Positions 38,875 through 48,547 of a stretch of 64,000 nt of DNA are shown here, piece after piece. Under the pieces are notes generated by a model that saw nothing but the letters and a program-made list of their open reading frames with translations, did not search any database and was not told the origin of the DNA. Position numbers and translations under genes: made by a program. Positions within the stretch are counted from its first letter, which is position 1. Each line of letters opens with the position of its first letter. The DNA is from an uncultured candidate division Zixibacteria bacterium (GTDB lineage Bacteria; Zixibacteria; MSB-5A5; UBA10806): positions 320,001 through 384,000 of the forward strand of contig CAWFQL010000017.1 in assembly GCA_963817915.1 (NCBI GenBank), written 5' to 3'.

Positions 38875-40183
38875 ATGAAGCTATTAGTCATATCCTCAAG
38901 TTTTCCGAAAACCCCCGGAGACAGCCTGTCCCCATTTGTATGGGATTACTGCAAGGGCCTGAAAAAGCTCGGATGGGATATTACCGTTCTTGTTCCTCAT
39001 AAAAATGGTTTCCCTGAAAATGAAATTTGGGATGATATCAAAATCAAGCGGTTTCGTTACCTGCCCGAGAGATTCGAGACCCTCGGATATGATGCCGGCG
39101 GAATTATCCCGAATCTCAAAAAGAAGCCATGGGTAATTATTAAAATAGCGTTCTATATTCTATCAATGTATAGAGAATCATTGAGACTTGCGGTAGATGA
39201 GGATTTCGATCTTGTTAATTTTCATTGGATTTATCCTAGCGCATTTTGGCTTAACAGCATTTTCTGGAAATGCAACGCGCCGATCGTGATTACGGGGCAT
39301 GGTACCGATATCCATCTCTCACGAAAACCGATTCTGAAATATTTCGCGACAAAAGCTTTTGATAATTCAGCGGCAGTCACTGTTAATAGTGAATATATGA
39401 GTTCAATTTTGAAATCTAATTTTCCATCTGAAAAAATTAAAGTCATTCCCATGGGTATCGATACTTCGAAATTTACTCCGTCGGATATTCCGCCATTCTC
39501 AATCAAGAACAGTTCTGTACGTTGGGAGATTAATTAAGCAAAAAGGGATAAATCTTCTGGTGCAGGCATTTGTCGAAAACTTGCGGCATTATTCTGGCGC
39601 TAAGTTGAAGATTATCGGCTATGGCCCTGAACGAGACTCATTGAAGAAATTTATAGATGATAGCGAGATATCGGATTCCATTGAGATAATCGATTCTATA
39701 GAACATGATAAATTACCCGAAATTTATCGCCAGGCACGAGTACTCGCGTTGCCCAGCCTTATCCCCGAGGGTCTCGGATTGACAGTCGCGGAAGCCGCGG
39801 CCTGCTCGGTTCCTTCAATAACTTTTGGCCTTGGAGGCACCGCTGATTTGGTTATCAATGAAAAGACAGGGTTAATCGTTGATCCAGACGTCAAATCCCT
39901 TTCTGATGGTATCGCAAGATTGATGGGCGACAATAATCTCGTTGACACCATGGGGAAAGATGCCAGGAAATATGTCGTCGATAAATTTGGTTGGGATTCA
40001 TTGGCCGGGAGATTCGATTTATTGTTTAGAGAAATCGTGTCCAATGCCAAAGCCATTAAAGATAAATCTTTTTCGAAATCAGCGAAAATTATGATTTCAT
40101 CGATAATTGTCATTACAGTAGCAGCGTATTTAATTAAAACATTTGTCGATAGAATCGAAAAAATAATTCATATAATGAAATGA
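38875..40183 (+). CDS. Glycosyltransferase family 4, frameshifted near 39496 (about 435 aa if repaired)
   Basis: The N-half has SSFP, HGTD and IPMGID. Removing one T at ccaTTct gives SQSRTVLYVGRLIKQKG, in frame with 39560-40183 (EGLGLTVAEA). Confidence 0.82.
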
Positions 40184-42057
40184 TTATATTTGATATCGTA
40201 ATTCCAATTATCTGGGCAGGAGGGCTGCTTTCACTGGGTCAGATTGCCGTATCCGGAGAAGGATCACGTTTCAAATTTGAAAATATATTCCCGTTGACTG
40301 CGTTTATGGGGACGATAATATTTGCTATCGGCCTGTTGGGATGGATTAACCACCAATTATTCTACATCATTACGCTACTACTCCTAATTCTATTTGCTTT
40401 TAAATTCAAGGTATTGCTAAGCCATCTTAAAGAATTTATTAAAAATCACCTGTTTGTATTCATAATAATGGTTTTAATCTCGGTATGGCTGTCATTGGCG
40501 GCGCTTTCTTATCCTGTTGGCCCGGATGCCTTATATTTCCATCTTGGTCTGCCGAAGATCTACGCCAGAGCGGGAGGAGTTACTTTTATTCCAGGAAATA
40601 TTTTTTCGGCCTCGCCTCGCGCCATGGAAATGATGTCAACTGCATTTCTCTCGATGGGTTTGGAACGAGGCGCGCAGTTTTTTATTCTGCTTTTAGCTAT
40701 AGCTTTAATTATTTCCGTCTGGAGAAAAGCCGATGAAATAGGCGGTTCTGGAATTATAGCCGCGTTAATTTTAGTTTCCGCCTCTATTTTTTCCACGCAG
40801 TTGGTTGATTCAAAAAATGATATACTTTTAACAGGAGTCATATTTTTTGCGGTTGTTCAATTTTTCGCTTTCAGGCAAAGTGACTCCATAAAAAGTTTGA
40901 TTTTCGCCGGTATTGGAGCTGGGCTTGCGGCTGGAGTTAAGGCTACCGGTTTGAGCATTATTGGCGTTCTTGGTCTTATATTGCTATATGATTTTATAAC
41001 CGGCCGAACCAAGTTTAAGCAATTTGCCCTGTTTCTATCAATATCGATAGTAGTTGCATCACCATGGTACGCGTATTCCTGGTTCGTAACCGGTAATCCA
41101 TTGTACCCATTTTTCGGCAATTATTTTCATTCACCTTATTGGTATCAAATATTCGACGCTTTCAATAGAGCCATATCGGCTAAAACCGCCGACACCAATA
41201 TATTAAATTTAATCGTCTCTCCCTTTAATTTAGTTTTCGATCCTGAGGCATTTCGCGGCAGGATCGGATATGCCGTGATACTCTTGCCATTGCTGTTGCT
41301 ATTTATGAAGAAAATACCCACTGCTATCAGATGGATATCTTGCCTTTCATTAATCTATTATCTGTTCTGGTATTTCGGCTTTCCGTTGGCAAGGTACTTG
41401 ATGCCGATATTGCCGCTTCTGGCGATCGCTGGGTCATATTTTGCAAAGGCGGCTATTGATGAGCGAGGGGTAATTAAATATACAATAATTATGGCACTTA
41501 TTTTTGCTGTTCTAATCCCTATTCCAACTGTACTTAGTCAGACATCTTATAGGGTAATCTCTGTAATTAAGAATATGGGTAGGGATAGCTTTCTTGAGCA
41601 ATATAAAACATTTGATCCCAATAGCCCCCGCAGCGGCGAAATGGCGAATCAATTTGAATATTTCAAATGTTGGCGGGCCATTGAGAGCAATACTTCTCCT
41701 GATGGTAAAATAGGGATTCTATCATCATTCTGGACAAGGGCAGATGGGTATTATCTGAATCGAAATTTCGTTTATCTCAATCCTTCTGAGCAAAACGCGT
41801 ATGATTTTACGACTATAAGAGACTCCTCTGAAGTGTCGCATGCATTGTCGAATCTTGGAATCTCGATTGTCGTTGTCGATAGTCTGGTGCTGGCCGAATT
41901 CTCATCCAAATCGCCATGGAAAGATTCTCCGGGATTCCCTATATTTTCCTTGGGGGTCGGAGCCCTAAATAGATATTTAAAAACATCGGCCGAACTAATT
42001 TATTCTAATGACAGATTTTCTGTATATAAAATAAAAATCCTGCCTCCGAAATATTGA
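40180..42057 (+). CDS. Polytopic membrane GT-C (ArnT/PMT-like) glycosyltransferase
   Basis: 625 aa with many TMs, first-loop motif DALYFHLGLPK, KND, PWY...TGNPLYPF and RYLMP, then a soluble C-terminal domain. Confidence 0.65.
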   Translation: MIIFDIVIPIIWAGGLLSLGQIAVSGEGSRFKFENIFPLTAFMGTIIFAIGLLGWINHQLFYIITLLLLILFAFKFKVLLSHLKEFIKNHLFVFIIMVLISVWLSLAALSYPVGPDALYFHLGLPKIYARAGGVTFIPGNIFSASPRAMEMMSTAFLSMGLERGAQFFILLLAIALIISVWRKADEIGGSGIIAALILVSASIFSTQLVDSKNDILLTGVIFFAVVQFFAFRQSDSIKSLIFAGIGAGLAAGVKATGLSIIGVLGLILLYDFITGRTKFKQFALFLSISIVVASPWYAYSWFVTGNPLYPFFGNYFHSPYWYQIFDAFNRAISAKTADTNILNLIVSPFNLVFDPEAFRGRIGYAVILLPLLLLFMKKIPTAIRWISCLSLIYYLFWYFGFPLARYLMPILPLLAIAGSYFAKAAIDERGVIKYTIIMALIFAVLIPIPTVLSQTSYRVISVIKNMGRDSFLEQYKTFDPNSPRSGEMANQFEYFKCWRAIESNTSPDGKIGILSSFWTRADGYYLNRNFVYLNPSEQNAYDFTTIRDSSEVSHALSNLGISIVVVDSLVLAEFSSKSPWKDSPGFPIFSLGVGALNRYLKTSAELIYSNDRFSVYKIKILPPKY

Positions 42058-42070
42058 CGAAGGCAGGATT
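42028..42070 (-). terminator. Intrinsic terminator of the C25 protease gene, possibly bidirectional
   Basis: On the minus strand AATCCTGCCTTCG-N9-CGGAGGCAGGATT (13 bp, one G-U) followed by TTTATTTT. Overlaps the GT-C stop codon. Confidence 0.75.
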
Positions 42071-42088
42071 ATATTGAGGGGATGCACG

Positions 42089-44506
42089 CTATTTTATCAT
42101 AACCATCTGTTTGACTATTTTTGTCGGTCCGGAATTAAATCTGTAGAAATATAATCCGCTCGAAACTTTATTCCCGTACTCGTTATCGCCATTCCATACA
42201 ATCCGATTCGCTCCAGCCGGGAATTGGCCCGATACCAGATTTTTCACAATTCGTCCAGCGATATCGAATACTGTGATTTCAGCCTTCCCGGCGGACGGCA
42301 TCTGAAAATCGATCGTTGTCGATGGATTAAATGGGTTCGGGAAATTCTGGCTGATTGTCGGATAAGCTGGCAACGGTAAATCTTCATTAGTGCCCGAAAG
42401 CGATCCGACCGTCACTAAATTTTGACCGGGAATATATCTGGGTTTGGTAGCAGTCACAGTCATTCTTCCGCTACCTAGCGGAGTAACGGTGAATTCTATA
42501 TTTCCAGAATTATCAGTCACGCCTGTCTGGAAAATATCTCCAGACATATATAAACATACGTTAGCTCCGGCCGATGGCCCATTGCTATCAGAAACTTGGT
42601 AGCTTATAGTCTGAGTCTCATTATCATTTATGTGAGAAGGGCCCGTTATTGAAAGATTACCCTCTATGGAAAGCCACATACTCATCTCGGGGTCCCCGAA
42701 AAGATTGTGACCATAATTGATATCGCGATAGCTCGGATTGTCAATTTTTGACAACGCTTCCGCTACTGCAAGTCTGCTTGTGGAATCCTGAAGAATATAT
42801 TGGATGAATTTGCTTTCGAGTCTATAGGATGATGATACCCATCCCCATCTGGTATTGCCAAGGAATGCTACACCGCCGCCAGGCTGTAAAACATAAGATT
42901 CTGCAAGGCAGTATGATGTGATCCATGGGCCCGGGTTAAAGATTCCTTTATCGAAATCATATGCGGCAACATCACAGCTAATCGAGTAATGTATCGCCGG
43001 CTTATCGACTGTGGTCAGGTGGTTAAAGCCTAATTCATCTGCATAATATAAGGTATCGCCCCATACTCGCGATCTGTCACTCCTGTTAAACCCTACCGAA
43101 CGGACCACATAAAATGATATGGCGCCGTGATTGAGGTTGGAAATAAATCCCCATCCTTCATTCATAAGGTTGATTACATCAACCGCCGAAGGACCCGTAG
43201 GAGCAGATGAACCGCCGGTCGGCTGTTCAATTAGCGAAGTTGCGTTAACATTAAAATTCGATGGCATCAAAGCTGAAAGGACTACATGCTGATTGAAATC
43301 ACGCATTTCGTCGGCACAGATAAACAAGGCTTTAGTCAAATAACTTGGATCGCCATTGCCGGGATTTTTCTCGTAGTTAACTGCTTTTGTAGTCCATAAA
43401 AGAGCCTGGTCTGCGGTTCTTGCCGGTACACGCCCAACATAAATTTCAGGATAATAATCCGGATGATCCTGAATTGATTCGCCCCAGACGCCATCATTAT
43501 CAAAATCCCAATCGCCCGTGAGATCGGAATAGTATATATCGCCAACCTGCTGGCTGCCCAGTGCAGGTATGGAATTACTTATATTTCCAGGATATAAATA
43601 TCTTATTGGAATTACGTCTTCGTCGCCGCCCAGTATAACCCATCTGACACCGTTATTGTATGCCTGAATAAGATAATTACGCAGCCTTTCAGCGTTATCT
43701 CTGCCCGATGACGTTCCCAAAACATCTTCAATAAAAACTAGATTCGCGGGAAGTCCCTTCTGATTTTTCCATTCTATATATGGACCGAATCCTGGCGCGA
43801 TTGCGGCGGAAGTAATAATCAAAAACTGCGGTACATTTATATCAGTCGCAAATCCAACTTTTCCCATGGGAGGTAATGATGTGAACATCGGCAGATCGGC
43901 TTTATTATCTATAAGATTACTGACTTCCTTATAGGCAAATCGATCGCTGGCTAGCCGAAGATTATTGCCGGATGTTCTCGGAGATAAATTAAAATGCACC
44001 ATGATTCTGGGATAGAAAATTATTTCCCTGGATAATGGTTTGAATGCGACCGGATAGACGGCGATACTGGCCAGATGAATATCACCCCAATAGCCGGAGC
44101 TGAGAATTTCAACGCGGGTATTTGGATAAATTTCATCTTTTCCATATATCTGCATGTCCGGTGCGTCGGCCGTATCGGGACCATCGAGATCTGTTCTTTG
44201 ATCGCCCTTCACATAGTCAATATTATACCCCTGCCCAATTGACTGAGGCAATCCCAGTTCTACAGTAATACCGTCAACATCAGTTTCAGGTGGAAGTACG
44301 ATTTTTACAATCTTATATCCTATGGATGGCGCCCCAGGGACAAGGTTTAGCTCGCCTTGTGCAATCGTCGCCTGACCATTCGATAGATCTATCGTGCTCC
44401 CATCCGTTTCGATAATATAATCGAAACTCTCTTGTGCTGACTGCCCGGAGTCAGCGTAACTCGCAGAAATCAATAAAGTTAGGATGAATATCAGCGTGCT
44501 TTTCAT
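42089..44506 (-). CDS. Gingipain-like C25 cysteine peptidase with propeptide and FlgD-Ig/T9SS-type C-terminal domain (805 aa)
   Basis: Start moved to MKSTLIF (AAGGAGGGG RBS). Signal peptide, propeptide, WKNQKG, LGGD, VGRVP, catalytic NHG and SISC, LFGDP, and CTD QNFPNPFNPST...SSGLYFY...KQMVMIK. Confidence 0.87.
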   Translation of the reverse strand: MKSTLIFILTLLISASYADSGQSAQESFDYIIETDGSTIDLSNGQATIAQGELNLVPGAPSIGYKIVKIVLPPETDVDGITVELGLPQSIGQGYNIDYVKGDQRTDLDGPDTADAPDMQIYGKDEIYPNTRVEILSSGYWGDIHLASIAVYPVAFKPLSREIIFYPRIMVHFNLSPRTSGNNLRLASDRFAYKEVSNLIDNKADLPMFTSLPPMGKVGFATDINVPQFLIITSAAIAPGFGPYIEWKNQKGLPANLVFIEDVLGTSSGRDNAERLRNYLIQAYNNGVRWVILGGDEDVIPIRYLYPGNISNSIPALGSQQVGDIYYSDLTGDWDFDNDGVWGESIQDHPDYYPEIYVGRVPARTADQALLWTTKAVNYEKNPGNGDPSYLTKALFICADEMRDFNQHVVLSALMPSNFNVNATSLIEQPTGGSSAPTGPSAVDVINLMNEGWGFISNLNHGAISFYVVRSVGFNRSDRSRVWGDTLYYADELGFNHLTTVDKPAIHYSISCDVAAYDFDKGIFNPGPWITSYCLAESYVLQPGGGVAFLGNTRWGWVSSSYRLESKFIQYILQDSTSRLAVAEALSKIDNPSYRDINYGHNLFGDPEMSMWLSIEGNLSITGPSHINDNETQTISYQVSDSNGPSAGANVCLYMSGDIFQTGVTDNSGNIEFTVTPLGSGRMTVTATKPRYIPGQNLVTVGSLSGTNEDLPLPAYPTISQNFPNPFNPSTTIDFQMPSAGKAEITVFDIAGRIVKNLVSGQFPAGANRIVWNGDNEYGNKVSSGLYFYRFNSGPTKIVKQMVMIK

Positions 44507-44545
44507 TTTCCCCTCCTTGAGTGAACTCAATACGATTAAGACTTG

Positions 44546-44561
44546 AGCAACATGGATGCCG
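44546..44561 (-). promoter_or_regulatory. sigma54 (-24/-12) promoter for the C25 protease
   Basis: Minus-strand CGGCATCCATGTTGCT matches YGGCAY-N5-TTGCW with exact GG-N10-GC spacing, about 40 nt upstream of the ATG. Confidence 0.65.
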
Positions 44562-44752
44562 GGGCAGTATTGCTTAGGTATCGGTCTGGAACGGCCCTGT
44601 AAGACATTAATAAATATACGGTTACAATAGAGGAGCATATTGCCTCGGTATAACCTTTTCCGATAGACAGGAGTTTTATATGGGATTCGGCCTATATTCA
44701 TCGCTGTATTGCAATATCTTTAAATAATCTACAACTTTGTGAAAGTTTTTTC

Positions 44753-44797
44753 TTGACGATTGTGGGTCAAAATGGATATATAGTGGGTAAAAGTGGG
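44753..44797 (+). promoter_or_regulatory. dcw promoter with MraZ-binding direct repeats
   Basis: TTGACG at 44753, then GTGGG (44762), ATGGA (44772), GTGGG (44783) and GTGGG (44793) at 10-11 nt period. This matches known MraZ operator repeats. Confidence 0.78.
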
Positions 44798-44810
44798 AGG
44801 GGTTCCTAAG

Positions 44811-45254
44811 TTGGCGACATTTAAGGGTACTTATTACTATTCGATAGACCACAAAGGTCGAATTAACATTCCTTCAAAGTTTCGGGGCAAGTCCGAATCG
44901 CCCGCCGACGAAAGCTATGTTGTCGTTCGCGGTTTTGAAGGATGCCTTTATATTTACCCTTATGATTCCTGGTCCAAAATCGAGGAAAAACTCTCCGCTT
45001 TGAAAACCATTTCCGATGCTAAGGCTCGCTTGTTTGTCAGAACCATCATGGCCAACGCCGCCGATTTGAAAATCGACGGTCAGGGAAGAATATCAATTCC
45101 TCAAAGCCTGCTGGAATTGGCGAATATCAAAAAGGATGTTGTGATTAGAGGGGTTTTGGATAAGTTCGAGCTCTGGGATCCCGAGATATTAAAACAATAT
45201 GAAACGAACCAGCCCAGTTCATACGAAGATGTGGCTGGCGAGCTACTGATTTAA
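44811..45254 (+). CDS. mraZ: Division/cell wall cluster transcriptional repressor
   Basis: DHKGRINIP and DGQGRISIP repeats, ELWDP. TTG start after GGGAGGGG. Confidence 0.93.
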   Translation: MATFKGTYYYSIDHKGRINIPSKFRGKSESPADESYVVVRGFEGCLYIYPYDSWSKIEEKLSALKTISDAKARLFVRTIMANAADLKIDGQGRISIPQSLLELANIKKDVVIRGVLDKFELWDPEILKQYETNQPSSYEDVAGELLI

Positions 45255-46156
45255 TGATTGACCATGTGCCTGTAATGGCACACGAAATTGTTGAAATTTT
45301 CGGCAGCGCCCCTGGTGGATATCTGGTGGATACCACTTTCGGGCTGGGTGGCCATTCAAAGGAAATAAATCGTGCGTTCGGGAAAAAATTCAAAATTATT
45401 GGCATTGATCGCGACCAGGAAATAATCAATAGATGGCAAACTAATTTGGTTGATGGGATAGAACTGCGGAAAATGAATTTCTCTAATGTAGCTTCGTTTC
45501 TAATTAAAGAAAATATTCAGCCAATCTCAGGGGTCCTTTTTGATCTCGGTCTTAATTCAGCGCAGCTTGATGAACCGGAACGCGGATTTTCATTTCAGCG
45601 CCCGGGTCCATTGGATATGAGATTCGATCGCAGTACAGGGCTCTCAGCTTTCGATGCAATAAAAAGTATGAACGAAAAAGAATTGATTTTCATTTTAAAG
45701 GAATACGGGCAGGAACGAAATTCCCGTTCGATCGCGCGGGCGATACTTCGAGATAAACCCGAACGCACCGAGCAGCTCGCCCAGATTATTCAGGACATAG
45801 TCGGTCATCAGAGATTTACCAAGACCGCCGCCAGAGTCTATCAAGCATTGAGAATTTATCTTAATAATGAATTGAATGAATTGCAGATCGCTTTGAAAAG
45901 CATCATCCCGCTGATCGTAACGGGTGGCAGGATAGTAGTATTATCTTATCATTCATTGGAAGACGGTATCACCAAAAGATTATTCCAACTCTATTCCGGG
46001 AAATGTTTTTGCGGGCCGAATGTGCCCCAATGTATATGCGGGGCCTCTAAAATGTTAAAAATTATGACCAAAAAACCTTTAATGGCTGGTGAAGATGAAG
46101 TGGCCCAAAATCCCAGGTCACGATCAGCAAGATTGAGATATGCCGAGAGGATATAA
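45254..46156 (+). CDS. rsmH: 16S rRNA m4C1402 methyltransferase
   Basis: HVPVM, D.TFG.GGHS, DLGLNS.QLD..ERGFSF, SYHSLED and NPRSRSARLR. Confidence 0.96.
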   Translation: MIDHVPVMAHEIVEIFGSAPGGYLVDTTFGLGGHSKEINRAFGKKFKIIGIDRDQEIINRWQTNLVDGIELRKMNFSNVASFLIKENIQPISGVLFDLGLNSAQLDEPERGFSFQRPGPLDMRFDRSTGLSAFDAIKSMNEKELIFILKEYGQERNSRSIARAILRDKPERTEQLAQIIQDIVGHQRFTKTAARVYQALRIYLNNELNELQIALKSIIPLIVTGGRIVVLSYHSLEDGITKRLFQLYSGKCFCGPNVPQCICGASKMLKIMTKKPLMAGEDEVAQNPRSRSARLRYAERI

Positions 46157-46577
46157 GAGAAAACGCGGAGGCAACCCCAGGAGGACAATGCTGGTCATAA
46201 TGGTGCCGATTTTGGCGCTCGTTATTTGTATTGTCTGGATATGGAAAGCTGATATGGTCAAGGCCTATTATTCAAAGATGAAAAATCTTGAGGCTGAAAG
46301 AGATGAATTGGTCAACGAAATTTCCGGCAGAAGAGCGATTCTGTCCGAATTAAAATCCTGGACGGAAATTGAAAAAGTCGTGACAGTGCGTTTCGGGCTT
46401 ACCCAGAAGGTCATGGACCGGATAATTATTTCAGATCCGGTTAAGGCAAGGAAAGTCGAACCTAAAAGCATGTATGTAGATAAGACCGGAGTATATGATT
46501 GGATTGAAGACGCCGTTTTCGGGGCGGGGAAGGTCTTGGCCGAGCCTCGACCAATGAAAGGTCCAAAAGACAAATGA
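46140..46577 (+). CDS. ftsL: FtsL-like cell division protein with C-terminal extension
   Basis: Basic N-terminus, one TM and a coiled coil, located between rsmH and ftsI. Confidence 0.65.
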   Translation: MPRGYKRKRGGNPRRTMLVIMVPILALVICIVWIWKADMVKAYYSKMKNLEAERDELVNEISGRRAILSELKSWTEIEKVVTVRFGLTQKVMDRIIISDPVKARKVEPKSMYVDKTGVYDWIEDAVFGAGKVLAEPRPMKGPKDK

Positions 46578-48547
46578 GAATCCTTAATCGCGATACTGTC
46601 ATGAATAGGGGCAAAGCTCTGATCTTAATACTAGCCCTAATGGGAATTATTTTTACTCTTCGCGCAGGTCAAATACAAATTATTGATCAGGAAAAATTCG
46701 CAAGCTACGCATTGTCGCAGCAGCAGTCGACCATGCCCTTGAAAGCCAAACGCGGATCGATATTTGATCGTAACGGCAAATTACTCGCCTATGATGTTGA
46801 ATCCAAAACGTATGCTTTGAATCCGGCGAATATCACCGATCAAAATGATGCCGCAATCAAGCTTTCTCATATTACCAGCGAAAAGGCGCAATATTGGAAA
46901 GAGCAATTTCAAAAGCACCCCGGCTACTTGGTGGTCGCCAGAAAAGTGCTCATGGAGCAGCAGTCACTATATGAAAACTCCGGCATACCGACTTTGAAAG
47001 GCCGGACCGAAAGCACAAGAATATATCCGTTTGGCGATCTTGCAACTGAAGTTATTGGTAAAACCGGTGTAGACAATTATGGTCTTTCGGGTTTGGAGAA
47101 ATTTTACGACAGCCAATTATCAGGGATCGACGGCAAATCCATTTATTTGCGCGATGCTCGCGGCAGAGAAATTACGGCTTGGGAGCATACCCTGGTTCTT
47201 CCCCAAAATGGGAACGATATATATCTCTCCATCGATGTCGACTTTCAGCAAATTGTCGAAAACGAGCTTCAGCGGATGCTCGACTCAAGTGGGGCGAAGT
47301 GGGGATCTGCCATATTTTTGGACGTTTTAGATGGCGGAATACTTGCCTGCGCAACCAACGAAGCGGACGAGCCAGACTTTCCTCGATGCCGAAGTATTGT
47401 TGATGTGAATGAACCCGGCTCAACCGCAAAATTGATTCCGCTCGCCACTGTTTTCCAGCAGCGATTGTATGAACCTTTTGATGTTATTAACGTAGAAGGT
47501 GGCAAATACAATCTCGGCGGCAAAGTCATCACAGACGATCATCCATTTGATCATCTTCAAGTAGATGAAATTGGTATCTTCTCATCTAATATAGGCGCGA
47601 CAAAATTAGGGCTTCGTGCTGGTCCAACCTTAATTCATAATACATTATTAGAATTCGGATTTGGCGCCAAGACGGGTGTTGATTTCCCGGGCGAAATAAA
47701 AGGCGCGGTATACAGACCCGAAAAATGGACAAATCATTTTCTGGCCAATGTATGCTTCGGTTATGGGATTACGGCCAGCGCGATTCAAATTGCCTCCGCT
47801 TACGGAGTCGTCGCGTCGGGTGGCGATTTGTTAAAACCATATTTCGCCAACAAATTAGTTGCTCCCGATGGTAGTGAAAAAATCCTCAATTCAAAAGTCG
47901 TGTTGAGAAAAGTACTTGATGAACGAACTGTTAAAATTATGAACGATATTTTGAGAAAGGTAGTGCTATTGGGCACCGCCAAGAAGGCCATGAACGACCT
48001 CTGTCCAGTTTCGGGAAAAACCGGTACTGCTTTAAGAACCAACAAAGGGGGACGTGGCTACGATCGCCGAAGGGCACTGGCGTCATTCGCCGGATTTTTT
48101 CCGACAACCGCTCCAAGGGTGGTTGGGGTGGTCATGTTTGACGAGCCGCGGTTAAGCATATATGGAGGCGATATATCTGCGCCGGTACTAAGTAATATTG
48201 CCAGACGCTACAGCAGCCTGCCCGGAAATGATATGTTGGCAGAATCAAGCATTGATTCTTTAAAAGCTATTGAGAAGATTCTGGTGGCATCAGCCGGTGG
48301 AGCGAAAGCGGTTAATTTGGCATTTCAAAAACCCGCTAAGGATGAAATCACCATTGAAAAGATATATCCGCTGGGGACAGTGCCCGATTTCACCGGGCAA
48401 ACCCTGCGCGATGCCATGCGGGAAGCTCATAATTTAGGATTGGATTGCACTATCAGCGGCTCTGGAATAGTAGTTTCACAATCACCTGAGCCCGGGACCG
48501 TAATTGACAGTGTTAGCATTGTCGTCCTTGTAGGTGAAGCCGAATGA
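46574..48547 (+). CDS. ftsI: Septal peptidoglycan transpeptidase PBP3 with PASTA domain
   Basis: RGSIFDRNG, EPGSTAK (SxxK), SSN, KTGT and C-terminal PASTA (VPDFTG...SQSPEPG). Confidence 0.92.
   Translation: MRILNRDTVMNRGKALILILALMGIIFTLRAGQIQIIDQEKFASYALSQQQSTMPLKAKRGSIFDRNGKLLAYDVESKTYALNPANITDQNDAAIKLSHITSEKAQYWKEQFQKHPGYLVVARKVLMEQQSLYENSGIPTLKGRTESTRIYPFGDLATEVIGKTGVDNYGLSGLEKFYDSQLSGIDGKSIYLRDARGREITAWEHTLVLPQNGNDIYLSIDVDFQQIVENELQRMLDSSGAKWGSAIFLDVLDGGILACATNEADEPDFPRCRSIVDVNEPGSTAKLIPLATVFQQRLYEPFDVINVEGGKYNLGGKVITDDHPFDHLQVDEIGIFSSNIGATKLGLRAGPTLIHNTLLEFGFGAKTGVDFPGEIKGAVYRPEKWTNHFLANVCFGYGITASAIQIASAYGVVASGGDLLKPYFANKLVAPDGSEKILNSKVVLRKVLDERTVKIMNDILRKVVLLGTAKKAMNDLCPVSGKTGTALRTNKGGRGYDRRRALASFAGFFPTTAPRVVGVVMFDEPRLSIYGGDISAPVLSNIARRYSSLPGNDMLAESSIDSLKAIEKILVASAGGAKAVNLAFQKPAKDEITIEKIYPLGTVPDFTGQTLRDAMREAHNLGLDCTISGSGIVVSQSPEPGTVIDSVSIVVLVGEAE

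Noticed and set aside
29800..42057. Apparently more AT-rich glycosylation region as a horizontally acquired island
   Set aside because: No integrase, tRNA or flanking repeats, and the genes are coupled to core genes. Composition was judged only by eye.
42089..44506. C25 protein as the PorU sortase itself
   Set aside because: At 805 aa with a gingipain-type propeptide it is shorter than typical PorU and looks like a cargo protease. A phylogeny is needed to be certain.
44507..44701. 65-codon N-terminal extension of the C25 ORF
   Set aside because: The RBS and signal peptide start at 44506, and the extension covers the promoter region.
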